Assembly (NCBI RefSeq): GCF_963853765.1
Contig: NC_088860.1
Location: forward strand, 16,120,001 to 16,184,000
DNA length: 64,000 nucleotides
Reading direction: 5' to 3'
Origin: Magallana gigas
Lineage: Eukaryota
Below are positions 1-12,848 of this stretch, piece by piece. Numbering within the stretch: position 1 is the first letter of the stretch; each line of letters begins with the position of its first letter. The notes below the pieces were generated by a model, which did no database searches, had not been told where the DNA came from, and saw only the letters and a list, made by a program, of their open reading frames with translations. A program made the position numbers and the translations under genes.

Positions 1-453
1 ATATCTTTTTTACTTTGTACAACTAAAAGAGATTAGAAATGGGTCAGTACGTTGAAGTAATTTTCTTTTGATCAAATTTGTTTTAAATGATGGACATAAC
101 AGGCTTTTATAACAAGGATAGGATAACTTGGTTTTATTGCAAATAGAAAACTTCCTAAGTACTGGATTAGAGACAAGTTCTGGCAGCTGGCTAGTGTTTT
201 TGATGATCTGTGGTTGTAATTATTCATTAAGAAAGATTGTGAGGCCCAAAGCTAGTGCTCTTTGTATATATAATATGCAAAAATCTCATCAGTGCATCTT
301 TGATGGGAAGTGACTTCATTGGTAAGCCATAAGATAAGCAAAAGCTGGATATATTCTGCATGCTAGCCTGCTACATCAGCCAGGGTTAGTTAGTAGGGGG
401 CCATGTAAGACTGTTACCTGCTGAATAGAGAGAACCAGGCAAGTTTGTGTCAC

Positions 454-3400
454 TTACACTAATATTGGTTCTCCCTTCATCAGGCAATCATTCTGCGATC
501 TGTCCACTAGAGGAATTTTCAGGTCGTTTTTCTCTGGTTCTGATACAAAGCTCTCAAGGCCACAAGACTGGTACTTGAACAGCATCATTATGACTGAGCT
601 CCACAGCAGAGCAGATCCTATAGAGAGGAAGGAAGGAAGTCATAAACACAAATTGTATACTTGTCAAAGATATTGTGTCACATGAACAAATAGATTTTAT
701 TCTAGCTTTTACGCAGTAACAAGACTGCCTTTATGGGTACTATACCATGTGACCTGCATCTTACTACACTATCATTTAGGCGACATACATTAAATCCTTT
801 ATTTATCATTTATATGCCCTCTTTTGACTTACTAATGAAAAAGTACCTGACTCAGTTTTTTCAGGACCATCATCTTTTTTAAATATAAGTTTTCTATCTA
901 CATTCTGTACTGGCCCTGCAGGTTCATACTTTAATTGATTAAGGAGAGCTAGGGCAAGAAGCAAATTGAAATATTTTTGTAAAAAATTATGCAAACTTTG
1001 CATATTTACTTTATCAACTTATCAACTTGTTACAAAATTCAATGGAATAAGACAATAGGTAAACTAATTTTACTTCCTTTGCAAAGTCCATAATTCATTT
1101 GCCCCATATTCTACCACTCATAAATGCTTTCATGTGGTACATTGTTTGATATAAAAGGTGTAAGTTATCTGAACATGTGAATAAAAAAACCTGTTTGTCA
1201 TATTGGTCATAGCTAAAAATATTTTCACTTTTTTTCCATGACGCAAGGAATTACTGCTCCCATTATTACCATCTTGTTAACACTCATACCAACCTGCTAA
1301 GTAGAAAGCGTACTTGAACTCTGTCTCCTCTTGAATCAACAGACCTAAAAAGTAAAATAAGATATATTAAGTTTGTTGTATATATATAAACAATTCTAAA
1401 TTCTCTGAAAAAAGAAAACTTCTTCACCGATGACTTCAGTAATATATACTGGTGTGTATATATATAATACATGTATCTCGCGATTTTACGCGAAAATAAA
1501 TTACTTGCGTATCATAAGGAATTCACAGTACCCTGGTATGCATTAAAATTTGACAACTGAGGGTATGTATGACAAGTCAGTCATTATGCAACTATTTGAT
1601 TGTCAAAATATGAGTTGTACATGTATACCAGAATTCATAATAAGAGTATCAACTTAAAACAAGAAGCATGATTATACAGGTATGTACCCTTCACCTATGA
1701 AAATTATGTATATGTTAAAAAAAATCAGCTCATAAAATTTATGTGATATGCTTTAGTTCACATTATGTGTCTCTATTAGAAAACATAATGATAGATGAAT
1801 AATTTTTGGTAACACTGCCATAATTATTTTGAAGTGGGCCATTAAGGATGTATAGGGCACCTGTTGATATTAATGGGGATAAAAGTACATTAAAATAAAA
1901 AAGACTTTCATCGTTTCTTAAAAATATTTTAAATTTCTTTGAAAATGAAAAATATTTTTAATTTCTTTGAAAATGTAAAAAATAATAAAAGCCACTGTGG
2001 GTTTTGAACTCGTGACTTGCAAATCCAAAGTTAACGTTCTAACCCATGGCGCTACTTTGTAAAGTAACAATTTCAGGAAAGAAAAAGTTTATCAAATTTT
2101 GTTTGATTTTATTGTTTACTTTGATTGGTCACAATATGGAGGTGTCCCATACAACCTTAAAATACAGGAAGCTGAATTTTCAATTATAATTTTAATATAT
2201 TGGTACCATTGTGAAATGTTGTCTTTCTTTTTTTTATTTTACAAAATAATTTTCCATACTGTACCTACCTTCTGTTGTCGGGGTTTTTTTTGGGGGGGGG
2301 GGGGGGGGGGGGGGGAATACAATGTTTTTAGACCGAACATAAGATCTTTTTTAGGGGGGGGGGGGGAAGGGTGGCAATGAAATATTTTTTCATACTGTAC
2401 TGTACATCGTCATTCAGATTTTACAGGTAAATTTCTTTGTACTTTAAGGTTTACCCAACCACAACAAACATCTTTATTTGAAATAAAATCTGGTGACTTA
2501 TTTTAATCCCTTCATATTTTCATTTGAATAACAGGTAAACTTTTGAACCCTGATTCATTATTAGTCCATAAATTTACATTTATGACAACATGCATGGCTA
2601 CTATCATATTAATGGTACATGTATGAATATTTTTAATAGCTTAAAAAAAATGGTAAACAATTTCTAAAAATTTTGAGAAAATGCACATATCACTGCTATA
2701 TCATAGACTAGTATAAAAATTTGTGATAAATAGGAAGACATGTATTTCTTAGTGATATTTTAACTTGTTTAGTATATTTATATTGGGTTTAAAGCTTTAA
2801 CATTATTGTTTATAACTTCAATTTTAGCAAACTGTTGTTAAAATGTCTGGTATCATAAAAAATATTATATTTTTATCAGTCTAATCAATAATTTAATTGT
2901 GAAATTTCTATTCATGCATGGCAAATATCAATAAAGGCATGGTATTTAATGTCTATATTTTTAGATGACTATATACACATGTACTAATCTTGAATGAGAG
3001 TTTACAGTTAACAAGAGGTTTTTTTCAGCCCTACCATCCCCTTTCCTTTCCTTTATAATCAATTTACATTTTGATAATAATGTTAAACTGAGTCATCCAC
3101 ACTCTTGTACATTGTACAGGGTCCATCCAAGTTCGGTATGCATACTTGTGAGGTTACTGGGTTTATTTGTTTATAACTATCCCAACTAGCTCCTTAGTAC
3201 AGGTCAGTGATTCTAAGCTGTGCTAATTAGGAATGCTCCAAGATATATATGTACACCATATGTCATACAACAGAGACAGGTTTCATTAGTTTTCCTTACA
3301 CTAATGCTGAAAATTTTTAATCATACATTATTCTATGTAGTAAAGATGCCATTGAAAATAAAAACAAGACACATCAATTAATACATATAATTATACAATT

Positions 3401-6400
3401 GGTGTAAAGATACGTTTGAAAAAAAGTTGTTTGCAAAATCAGGATACAAAAATATGTTCAGCAATATATATATACAAGGCCAACCTTTATATACTGTGAG
3501 CAAACTTTAACCTTTCATGGGTTTAGAGCTTCAAGATATTACCCACTCTTTCTAAATGAAGGAATTCTGAAAGGGACATGCATCACAAGTATTCCTACCC
3601 CACCAAGCCTTAGTTTTCAAGTTCAAATACCAAAAAACTTTCAAATTAATTTATCAGATGTCATATTTTAACCCCCTAGGCACTGCTTTTTCCAGAACAC
3701 ACTAATGAATTATGAAATCAAATACACAATTATACAAATAAGAACTGGTTTGGAGAATCTTATGCTTTTAAACAAGCTGCTTCATTGTTTATAAACCATA
3801 CACTCAGTTTATATATATACATTTGGTAACTTTATCAAATATCTTTTTTTTAATGCTGGTAAATACTTCATGTACAAGTTATCAACTGCACATGGTTTAA
3901 GTGAAATAAAGAAAAAAAACTCTTTTTATGTTCAACTTGTCTCTCTGCTTGTTTCTTTGTCTCTCGGCCCTTTAAATTTCAAATGCTACTACCCGTCTAA
4001 AGGGATTGATACGATCTGCATGTTCTTTACATTTGCAATTGAGTATCTGTATTCAATAGAATTGATACTATGTCCATGAAGATATTTTACAATTGAGTAT
4101 CAAGAGAATTGATACTATGTCCATGAAGATATTTTACAGTCATACAGTGTATAATATATATCCCTCCTGAGTTGTAAAGAAAAATAAAAGGTACTGGTAA
4201 TTGAAGATTGTCTGGTACAACGAGTGTCGATCTGAATGGCCACAACCCCCTCAATATTAACATGAAGACATTGTGTTCATCCACTGTTTTATCACATGTC
4301 AAATTCATTGTTACTAAGTTACTTAGCTATAAAGCATTATAGAAACTGTCTAACCCCTACACATTCCCAGTTATAAACCATTCCATAACTGAAGGGCTAT
4401 CCAACCCTGCCAAGGCATGGACAACATTAACAGGTTCTATCTAAATGTTTAATTTCTCACAAGAATTGTGATATTAACACATGTTGTCTGCCAGCCAGCT
4501 GACATTTAATTCATACTGTTTTGTTCCAAAAAATCAAATTGTCGGTGTTATTTTCCTGGGTCTTATATTCTGAATCAGCTTTTATGAACTTTACAAAACT
4601 GCATAGTGTTATAAATAATAAATAGACTACATCACCATATCAAATCAACAAAATAGATTTCTTTTATCAAAATTGTTCTGCAAGAAGAAAACACATTATT
4701 GAAGCTGCACAAGGGAATTCCATATGAAGGATAAAATTACTGTGAATTTATACATGTAAGCAGTCAGAAAACCTATATTGAGGTTTAACCCATTGTTCAG
4801 ATATCTGTATGGTGATAAAGCACCCAAAACTTGGATCTGTTTACTGAAGAGAATGAAATGTTAGCTTTGATAAGTGATAATTCAGTGTCAATATACCTGG
4901 TGTATTTCACCTGCCGATTTCGCAGCAACAACTAGCCTATTACAAATGAATTATCTGATGATTTCACTATGATAGAGAAGAGCTATAAGATACATAGATC
5001 TTTTATCTAGTTGGAAAATGCAAGCTTGGTAGAGTTCAATGATACTGGTGGACCATGGGGATAACAATTGATCATTCTTGGGTAAAGTACGTTGCAAAAT
5101 GTACTGAAAACTGCATTGCACAACAATTCTTCATGTCCAATTTACTCAGTGAATCAATCCAGAATTGCAAATTCTGATACCAAGTTTACTTTAGTAAATG
5201 TAAACACTCAGCAAGATCCAATGTATCAGATTTTGAAATACTTTGATTTCCCTTTTAATGTGAAATTACAATGAAGGCAAAGATGTGCCTCATATCTTTC
5301 AGGAAAATCAAACACATAGATGTTTATCATGGAATTACCGGTACATTACAAATTACATGTATATTTCAACAAAAATTTTGTTGCTATCCTCAAGAAATGG
5401 TGAAGTTGATTCCATAAAAAAACAAAGCAAACAAAAACTTGAGCAGAACCTGTCTCGACACTCGTTCCACATGAAAAATCTATAGGGTTTTATGGTTTTT
5501 GTGATGAACAATCCATATCATTTGATATTAAAAATCTGTTGGGGGTAAGCACCTCTGACTGCCCTTGTGAAGGTAACAATTAAGGACCTCTGACTGCCCT
5601 TGTGAAGATAACAATTAAAAACTATAGCTGTATAAATTTATAGCAGCTAGCATGATTTGGTAGAATAAAGAAAATGAACATTGCTTTTTTTCCTTTGACA
5701 TGACCCCTACAAATGGACAGGGCTCAAAATTGTATTTTGCAAAGTAATGATTAAACTAAATGAATAATTGCCGAGGCCCCCTATCCTCACAAATATGGAA
5801 AGATATTTGCTATGATTTAAAAAAATCACATTTAATTTCATTAATAAATACATGTATGCCTTTAATTTTACATAAACAACATACCTGCTGCTGGTCCTGC
5901 CATGATAGATCCCATAGCTATCATAAAAGAAAGGTAGCCATTGCCCTTGGCAATGCATTCTGGTCCAAGTAATTCTCTTGAGGCTTGAGAAAGAAAGGTG
6001 GTCCAATATCCACTGTAAAACCCAAACAGTATGGAATAACCAATTTGTCCAGCATAGTCATCAAACAGCAGGGGGCAAATTCCAGTGATGACCACACCAA
6101 GACCTATAGAGCACAGGATGGCTGTCATGTCATCCAAAGTGCTGTTATGTCCCATGAAAGAAAATATAACCCTGGAGGTAAAGCTTGCCATACCAACACA
6201 AGACACCAAAAATACAGAAGTCTCAAAAGAAGAATCTTGGTCCATTGCATAAGATGGCAAGTACATGTATATCACAGTAGAGCCAAAACTCCAGAAGAGA
6301 TTTGCTATACACATTCCGTGGAAAGTGATGTTTCGGAGCGGTACACAGGAGAGCAGAGGCATCAGGTGCACTTGTTTGCCGTGGGCCACTGGAGACATCA

Positions 6401-9400
6401 AGGCCCCGCATACACACAGATTGAGGGCTATTCCTGAGAGGATCCACAGAGTGCCCCTCCAGGCCAGGTGCTCCAGGAGGGTGCGGATCAGGATCGGAAA
6501 GACGACTATTCCAGCTCCTACACCGCTCAGCACCACGCTCAGGGCCTGCATACGCTGCTTGTAGAAATGCTGCTCCACTGCCATGATAGAGGGTGTGCAG
6601 GCTAAACCAAAACCAATGCCTAGAAGAGAAAATTTAGACATGATCTATATAACTGATAAATTTTTTAATCTCTAACTATCAAGCATGCAAGTTGAATTTA
6701 CTCGTACACATAACAGATGCATAAAGTTTACACAATAAATAAACAAGTTGTAATCAGTAATCAGAATATTATTTTAATTGCCACTGATCAAACTCAGAGT
6801 TGTGGAAAAACTAATTTAATGCTTATGACCAGAATTATGCCACTGTTGCCTGTTCAAACAATCAGTTTTTCCTATTGGCATCAGTACATTTTATTCATAA
6901 TTCTTGTAAAATATATAAAGACGATATCTATATTGTGTGAATTCATCTTAGCTTTATCCAATGAGTTGAAAAGTGTATATATTTGTGTGGCTTGCTTAGC
7001 AAATATAACCATTTCAAAGACTTGTATAAAGCAAATATAAAATCAAGCAATTAGACATTCTATTTATATCACAGGATTTGATTTATATTATAAAGCTTTT
7101 GAGACAACCCCTTAATTAACATATATTGATTTTTTTTAGCCTAATCTATGATGCAATGTTGTTCAGTTATTGTGAACTTGTGCAAAACAGTTGAGTATGT
7201 CATTTCAGAGATAAAGCTTAAATAAAGATAATTTAGAGCTTAATCACTATTTGGAAATACTGACGACTTGAATAGTCAAATTTGTTGACACGCGCACCAT
7301 TAAAGTTGCAAAAGCTTGTCAATTTGAAATGACTCGAACAAGGAACACTAAAAGTTGTAAATATTTAATAAAACCAATTCTATTCATTGAATTTCATTTG
7401 AAGATAAAAATATTGATTAAGGATGATTATGAATGATGAAATAAAAGTCTTAAATTTAGAGGCATTTTTTCGGTAAGTTCTTGTACCGGTATATAGAAAT
7501 AACCACAGAGTTCTGTTCTCATCTTAACTTCTTGAGAGCCAACGTGATTTGCAGCTTTATTAACAACACACCTATGTGTCCTCCTTCTTTTCTTAATTTA
7601 TCTTCGATAAAAATATCTTCAAACATCCATTTTAAATCAATTTTTGGTAGTAGAAATATGATGAGGAATATATAGAAAAAACTTCAAAAACTAGGTCACT
7701 AAAGCATTGATGGGAGGGGCTCTGTCAAAAACAGTTCTGACCGTAAGTACATGTATTTGATATTAAAGCATCCCCCTTTGATAATTTAAAGCAAAAGTTT
7801 ATCACACGGGTAGTAAACACCACACGTATGAGATAAAAATAATAATGCTTTTGAGTAGAAATTACAGAAACCAGCATGGCCAATGAGTACCCATGCAATC
7901 AAATATGACTGAAGGTACAAAATTATTTAAAAATGCAGTAGAGTTATAGAGAAAGAAGCAAACTATGATGGAAATCAACTGAGAAGATTGCAGTTCTTTG
8001 GCTTCAAAATGACATGTAATATTTGCACTACAGTAGCAAATTATGATCTAAGGAAACATAGACAGAATTCTTGTCGGATAAACAAACTTCAAATACTCTT
8101 TGAAAGCATTTTATGAAAATTCAGCTCTTTTATCAAAGAGCATGCAGACTCGAGATCACCATAAAACATGAGTAACATTGGAGCCAATATGTTAGGAAGA
8201 TGTTTGAGCAACAGCTGAAATTTGGAAACATCCATGCAATATCTTAAGATAATCATAGCATTTTAGATTTACTTGAAGTAAGTAACAAACTCTAGATAAG
8301 GGAAACATAGAAATAAATGTTTTGCATTTGTGAATAAATTTGGACAGCCTTAAAATAAGCCACTGACAGATGGTAAAATTATAAACAAGAAATCAAATAC
8401 TGTATTTTTTTTGTTTCACTTTATCTGTTGGGAATTCTTTCAAGGATTTCCAGTTTACAAAATCATGCGTGCTAACTTGGCAATAGAGAGCCCTGACACA
8501 AACAATTTGTTTTCCTCGATATGGCAAGAGTCACAATTGCAAAATATGACATTTCAAAATAAGTTTATTGTCAGTCATTTTGTTTTGTGATAATCCACTT
8601 GATATGATGTGAGGCATGCATGTATAGTTGGTTCAACATTGGCAGTTTTGGCCAAAACAACAAAAAATCATGCTAATTAGGCAAAGTAAGTCAAATATGA
8701 ATGACCAGGAAGTTCATCTTCTCGATAAATTTGTGGAACTATACAAATGTACACTTGCTAAAACAAAACAACAGCCAGCTTCAGTTCTAATGTCAAGTTC
8801 TAATTAGTCATCATTTACATCAAAGAAAAGTATTGATTAATTGTTCCAGAATGATAAGTGTAAACCAAATATTGTTACATTATACAGGGAATGACTGGAA
8901 ATTGTTTTCATTTGTGAAGAACTTTAGTGTAAGCAAAACTCTAACCCCCCCCCCCCAATAAAAATGTTTGTGGTATATGAATAAGTTTTGACAAGATCAA
9001 GAAACAGAGATTTTACCTGTAAGCACCCCAAAAGTAAGATACACCTGGTACATCTCAGTGACCACCATTCCCATGGACAGTCCGAGAGCTGAGACCAGTC
9101 CTCCTAGGATCACGCTCCATCGGCATCCAAACTGAACCATGAAAAATCGCATCACCACACCTATAATGTCACACGAAAACATTGCAACAATGAGGAAGTC
9201 ATCAAAATATAAAGAATGGCAGGTCTTAATCAACTTGATTATTTTCTTTTGACAAAAGCCTCAAAAATTTTCTATAGCATTAATAATGATTTTTGCACTG
9301 AATATCTTGTGATAAATTGCATTATAAGTACATGGATTGTAAAATCTCTTCACTCAATGCTTAAACATGTTCCAAAGCCCTTGCAAATTTTGCATGCACA

Positions 9401-11181
9401 TCCAGGCATAATCGTTTTGGAAGTTTTTGTCGCATCGAATAAATCATTGAATCTTGCTTACTGTATCTTTTGAGAAAGCTCAAACTTGAAGAAATTTAGG
9501 ATCCGCTTACTTGTTAAAGCAGTCGTGTACAGCAATATCGAACCAATCCATGATGTGTTGAAATGGTCCTCATTAAAGATTTTACTGAACACAATATGGA
9601 ACACTCCAATGCTATAAGTTATTCCACAAATAATAAACTGCGTGAAGAAGGCAGCGATGGCAACCACCCATCTATTTCCTCCACTGTCCCTCGGCAACAT
9701 CACGTCAGGAACACTGATCGCAATCATCTAGGGACTGAAAAAGAAATACACCACATAGAACGTAACTTCAATCATTCAGTTTTCCATCATAAAAAAGCCT
9801 GTTTTGTGAAAAACTGCAACTGGAAAACTAATTCTACGGTAATTTCTCTCCCCCCCCCCCTCTCTCTCTCTTTCCCCATAAAGAAGTGGACATGCTTAGC
9901 CTTCATGCAACTACATCCCTGAAGAGAATACCATGTTGTATATATATGTTAGTAGATGCTTAAGAATCACTCAGATATAGCATGTTACCGGTAATAGAAA
10001 AAAATTCACAAACATTACACATCTGTTATTTTGACTCCATAATTAAATACCATTAATACCAGTGTACATGTATCTACCGCACTGTGCCTTAGAAGCATTT
10101 ATAATTCCCATGCCTACTGTCCTCAATTTTAACATTAAACAGGCTTCTAAAGTGGTGTTGGGATACATACATTGATTAATACAACACTGCATGGTGAAAT
10201 AATTTTATCTGCATGTCCTCAACAGAGATTTCATCAAGGCCAACGCCGATACAGTCAAAAACAAAAGATCCGATGAATGTCAGAGTTAGTTATGGCCAGT
10301 CGTTCTGTCTTTGGGAAGAGTAAGTGAAGCATGCAAAATGGCCGTCATATCGGGGTTTGATTTGGCTACTGCTCCTTACAAATTACAGGAGTCAGTTTTT
10401 TTAATTACTACCGATACATGTTTTGGCTATTTTGTAATCTTTAAATTTAATGTGTACCAAAAGCTTGGTCATTCTAAAGAAGACAGATCAGCAAGTTATG
10501 GGTTTTAAATGTGACCCAAATTTCTGTATACTGTTTTGTACCTGCATTAAAATTTAATAATGCAGTATTTTGACACCAGCTATTAACATAAAAAGCCAAG
10601 AGGTTTGCTGCAAGCAAAAAATATTATAAACTCATTCTTTTACATGAATATTCATATGCACATGTATCATGTGTATTTATTACTTTGCAATCAAATCATT
10701 GCATTATGCTTAAGGGAGCCTAAATAATTATTCCACCTTGAAATGGCTACATAAAGCTAAGCTCAGATATTAATTATTACTTTCTCAAACTTTGGCAGCT
10801 GGGTATATACCAGGTAATCAAATATATTACACTCTTTCAGTAGAAACGTTAGTGTATCTACAAGCTACATTGAATTCACAGACCATTTCAGAAAACACAA
10901 AATACAAAATCTTAATCTTCATGATTTTGTCACCAAATATATTAACATGCAGGTACTGTTGGTTCACGCTATATTAAAACAAAAACTCAAAAATACATAA
11001 AGATCAAATGCATGATCTCAATACTTAAACAAAAAGGCCAATGAACATTTTCACCTTTAAGACCTTTTTATGTGCTAGTACAAGGGTCAGTCCACCCTTC
11101 AATGGGCACAATTCAACCAGGTCAGTTTCACTGAATTCATTCGTAACATACCTGAATATACACTCTTTTCATTGCCGCCAT
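454..11181 (-). CDS. SLC16A: Monocarboxylate transporter (SLC16/MCT family, MFS), about 436-446 aa
   Basis: Phase-consistent GT-AG exons: 11181-11152 (MAAMKRVYIQ, tentative), 9727-9511, 9160-9017, 6619-5885, 1344-1294 (GLLIQEETEFKYAFYLAG), 617-454 (TAA at 456-454). MCT-like motifs: DSGGNRWVVAIAAFFTQFIICG, FGCRWSVILGG, QHFYKQR, GSIMAGPAAG. Multiple hydrophobic helices. Confidence 0.9.
1991..2055 (-). mobile_element. tRNA-derived (SINE-like) head in an MCT intron
   Basis: Minus strand has A-box-like TAGCGCCATGGGTTAGA and B-box-like GTTCAAAACC; no intact cloverleaf. Confidence 0.45.
5551..5620. repeat. 35-bp tandem duplication
   Basis: ACCTCTGACTGCCCTTGTGAAG(G/A)TAACAATTAA occurs twice. Confidence 0.9.
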
Positions 11182-11332
11182 AGTTCACAATTTCACTTTT
11201 GATAAAATGTATCCTAATATGAAATCATCTTGCTGGTCTGAAGTAGGATAATCGGACAATACACAGCACTTCTCTTTGTGTCACTTGCTCTGAGGCAAAA
11301 CAGCTGACAAGGAGGGGGTAAAGGTCACTTAC

Positions 11333-12104
11333 CACGTGATCATTTGTTTACCACTGTCAATCATTTTCCCCTCCACGTCACACAGTACATATACCGTTAT
11401 GCAATACACAGTAAAGTTATATAATGTTTTTGATACCTACTGAGTTTAATAGGAAAGTTGTTGACAGAAAAAATAACTGCGAAGATCATTGATTAGAAGA
11501 CAGTTACACCACAACGCTCCAGTACACAAATTGTTCAGACACGTGAAATTCAAGAGTTGGCGGATATTTACAACATATTACGGTGTGTTGGTTGATTTAG
11601 GTATAACCTACAGAAGTGTTAATAAATATATATTTACTTCCTTCATCTAGTCAATCTCATTAACAAACATTAACGTGCTGGCCAATAAGCGTCATAGATC
11701 TATATAAAGCAATGTATAGTTGAATGGAATATATATGGAGAAAAAAAAATCATCCCACCACGTGTAGTCCTCAGAGCGACCAAACTCGAGAATAAATGTT
11801 CACAAAATTTCAAACCATAAATAATTAATAAACAAAATTGACTGACAATACACGCATGTACTGTGTATTACCTTGCAGCAGTCTCGCTATGCCCTCTGGC
11901 TTTGTTCTTCCATGTTTTCCGTCGGTGTGCTACACTTCCGTCCGTGTCGTCGGTGTTACATGCTGACAAGCCTTGGGGTCATAACATACCGTTTTACACA
12001 GTTAATACTCACGATATTTACGTAAAATTCACAGTCATTTTTGATAATTCAGAGAATATGGTATATATTTTTATTCTGTTTTGATCACGTGGTACCTGAC
12101 GTGT
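11333..12104. promoter_or_regulatory. E-box/HRE/CRE-like cluster at the 5' end of the MCT gene
   Basis: CACGTG at 11333, 11540, 11759 and 12086; extra ACGTG cores near 11374 and 11673; TGACGTG at 12097. A likely non-coding first exon ends at a minus-strand CAAG|GTAATA donor near 11871. Confidence 0.5.
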
Positions 12105-12848
12105 AAATGAGATGCAGGCGGATCCATTAAATTTACAGTAGAACCTCAGTAGGTTCTCTTTTACCGATATCTTTTTTACCCTAATTTACACTAATAATAA
12201 ACAACTTTAATTCAAAATATTAACAAGACACTGTGCTGATTAAGGAGTCTATCGTGCATTTAATTTAAATTTTAAACAGCTCTTTATATAATTAATTACT
12301 CACCTGTATTCAAATAAGACATTTTATCATTTACTTCCTCTTTGGAACAAACACGTTCTGTATATTAAACTGTACATTTGTAGTATTTTTAAAGAAAGGC
12401 TAAAAACCTTTATAAAACTTCATGATGCACTGTTGTATCATATCATGTGAATTAATGATAGCTTTTAAAGGATTGTACATATTTCGCTGAAAATTTTAAG
12501 ATTGATTCTAATCAAATCATATACACCCGTACAGAAGAAGAAAGGATAGGAATTTTTTTATGAGAAGCATTTCTCCTATGAATAAGTAATCAACAATATC
12601 AAACAGGAACATGTTCATCATATTACAACTTTTTATCTTAAAGTTCGATTGAACGAAATTTCCATTATTTTCCCATTGATAATTTTAAAATTATATTGAT
12701 CATGTAAATTGTTATATTATTCTTTTTAAGTTAATCATCATCAACATATAAAAACTCTGGAAAAAAGTACATTATATTAAGAGTATATATACAGATAATT
12801 TGTTTTGAAGCAGAGTTATTGCCCTTTTGCAGAGCAACAGCAGCTCAG

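Noticed and set aside
847-915. In-frame 69-nt candidate cassette exon in the last MCT intron
   Set aside because: Poor acceptor, and it would insert a hydrophilic peptide into the last TM helix.
5551-5620. CRISPR-like short direct repeats (also 4036-4137)
   Set aside because: Two adjacent copies without spacers in eukaryotic intron DNA; simple tandem duplications.
5760-6564. Plus-strand ORFs of 70-150 aa over the MCT exon
   Set aside because: Antisense shadows of the real coding exon.
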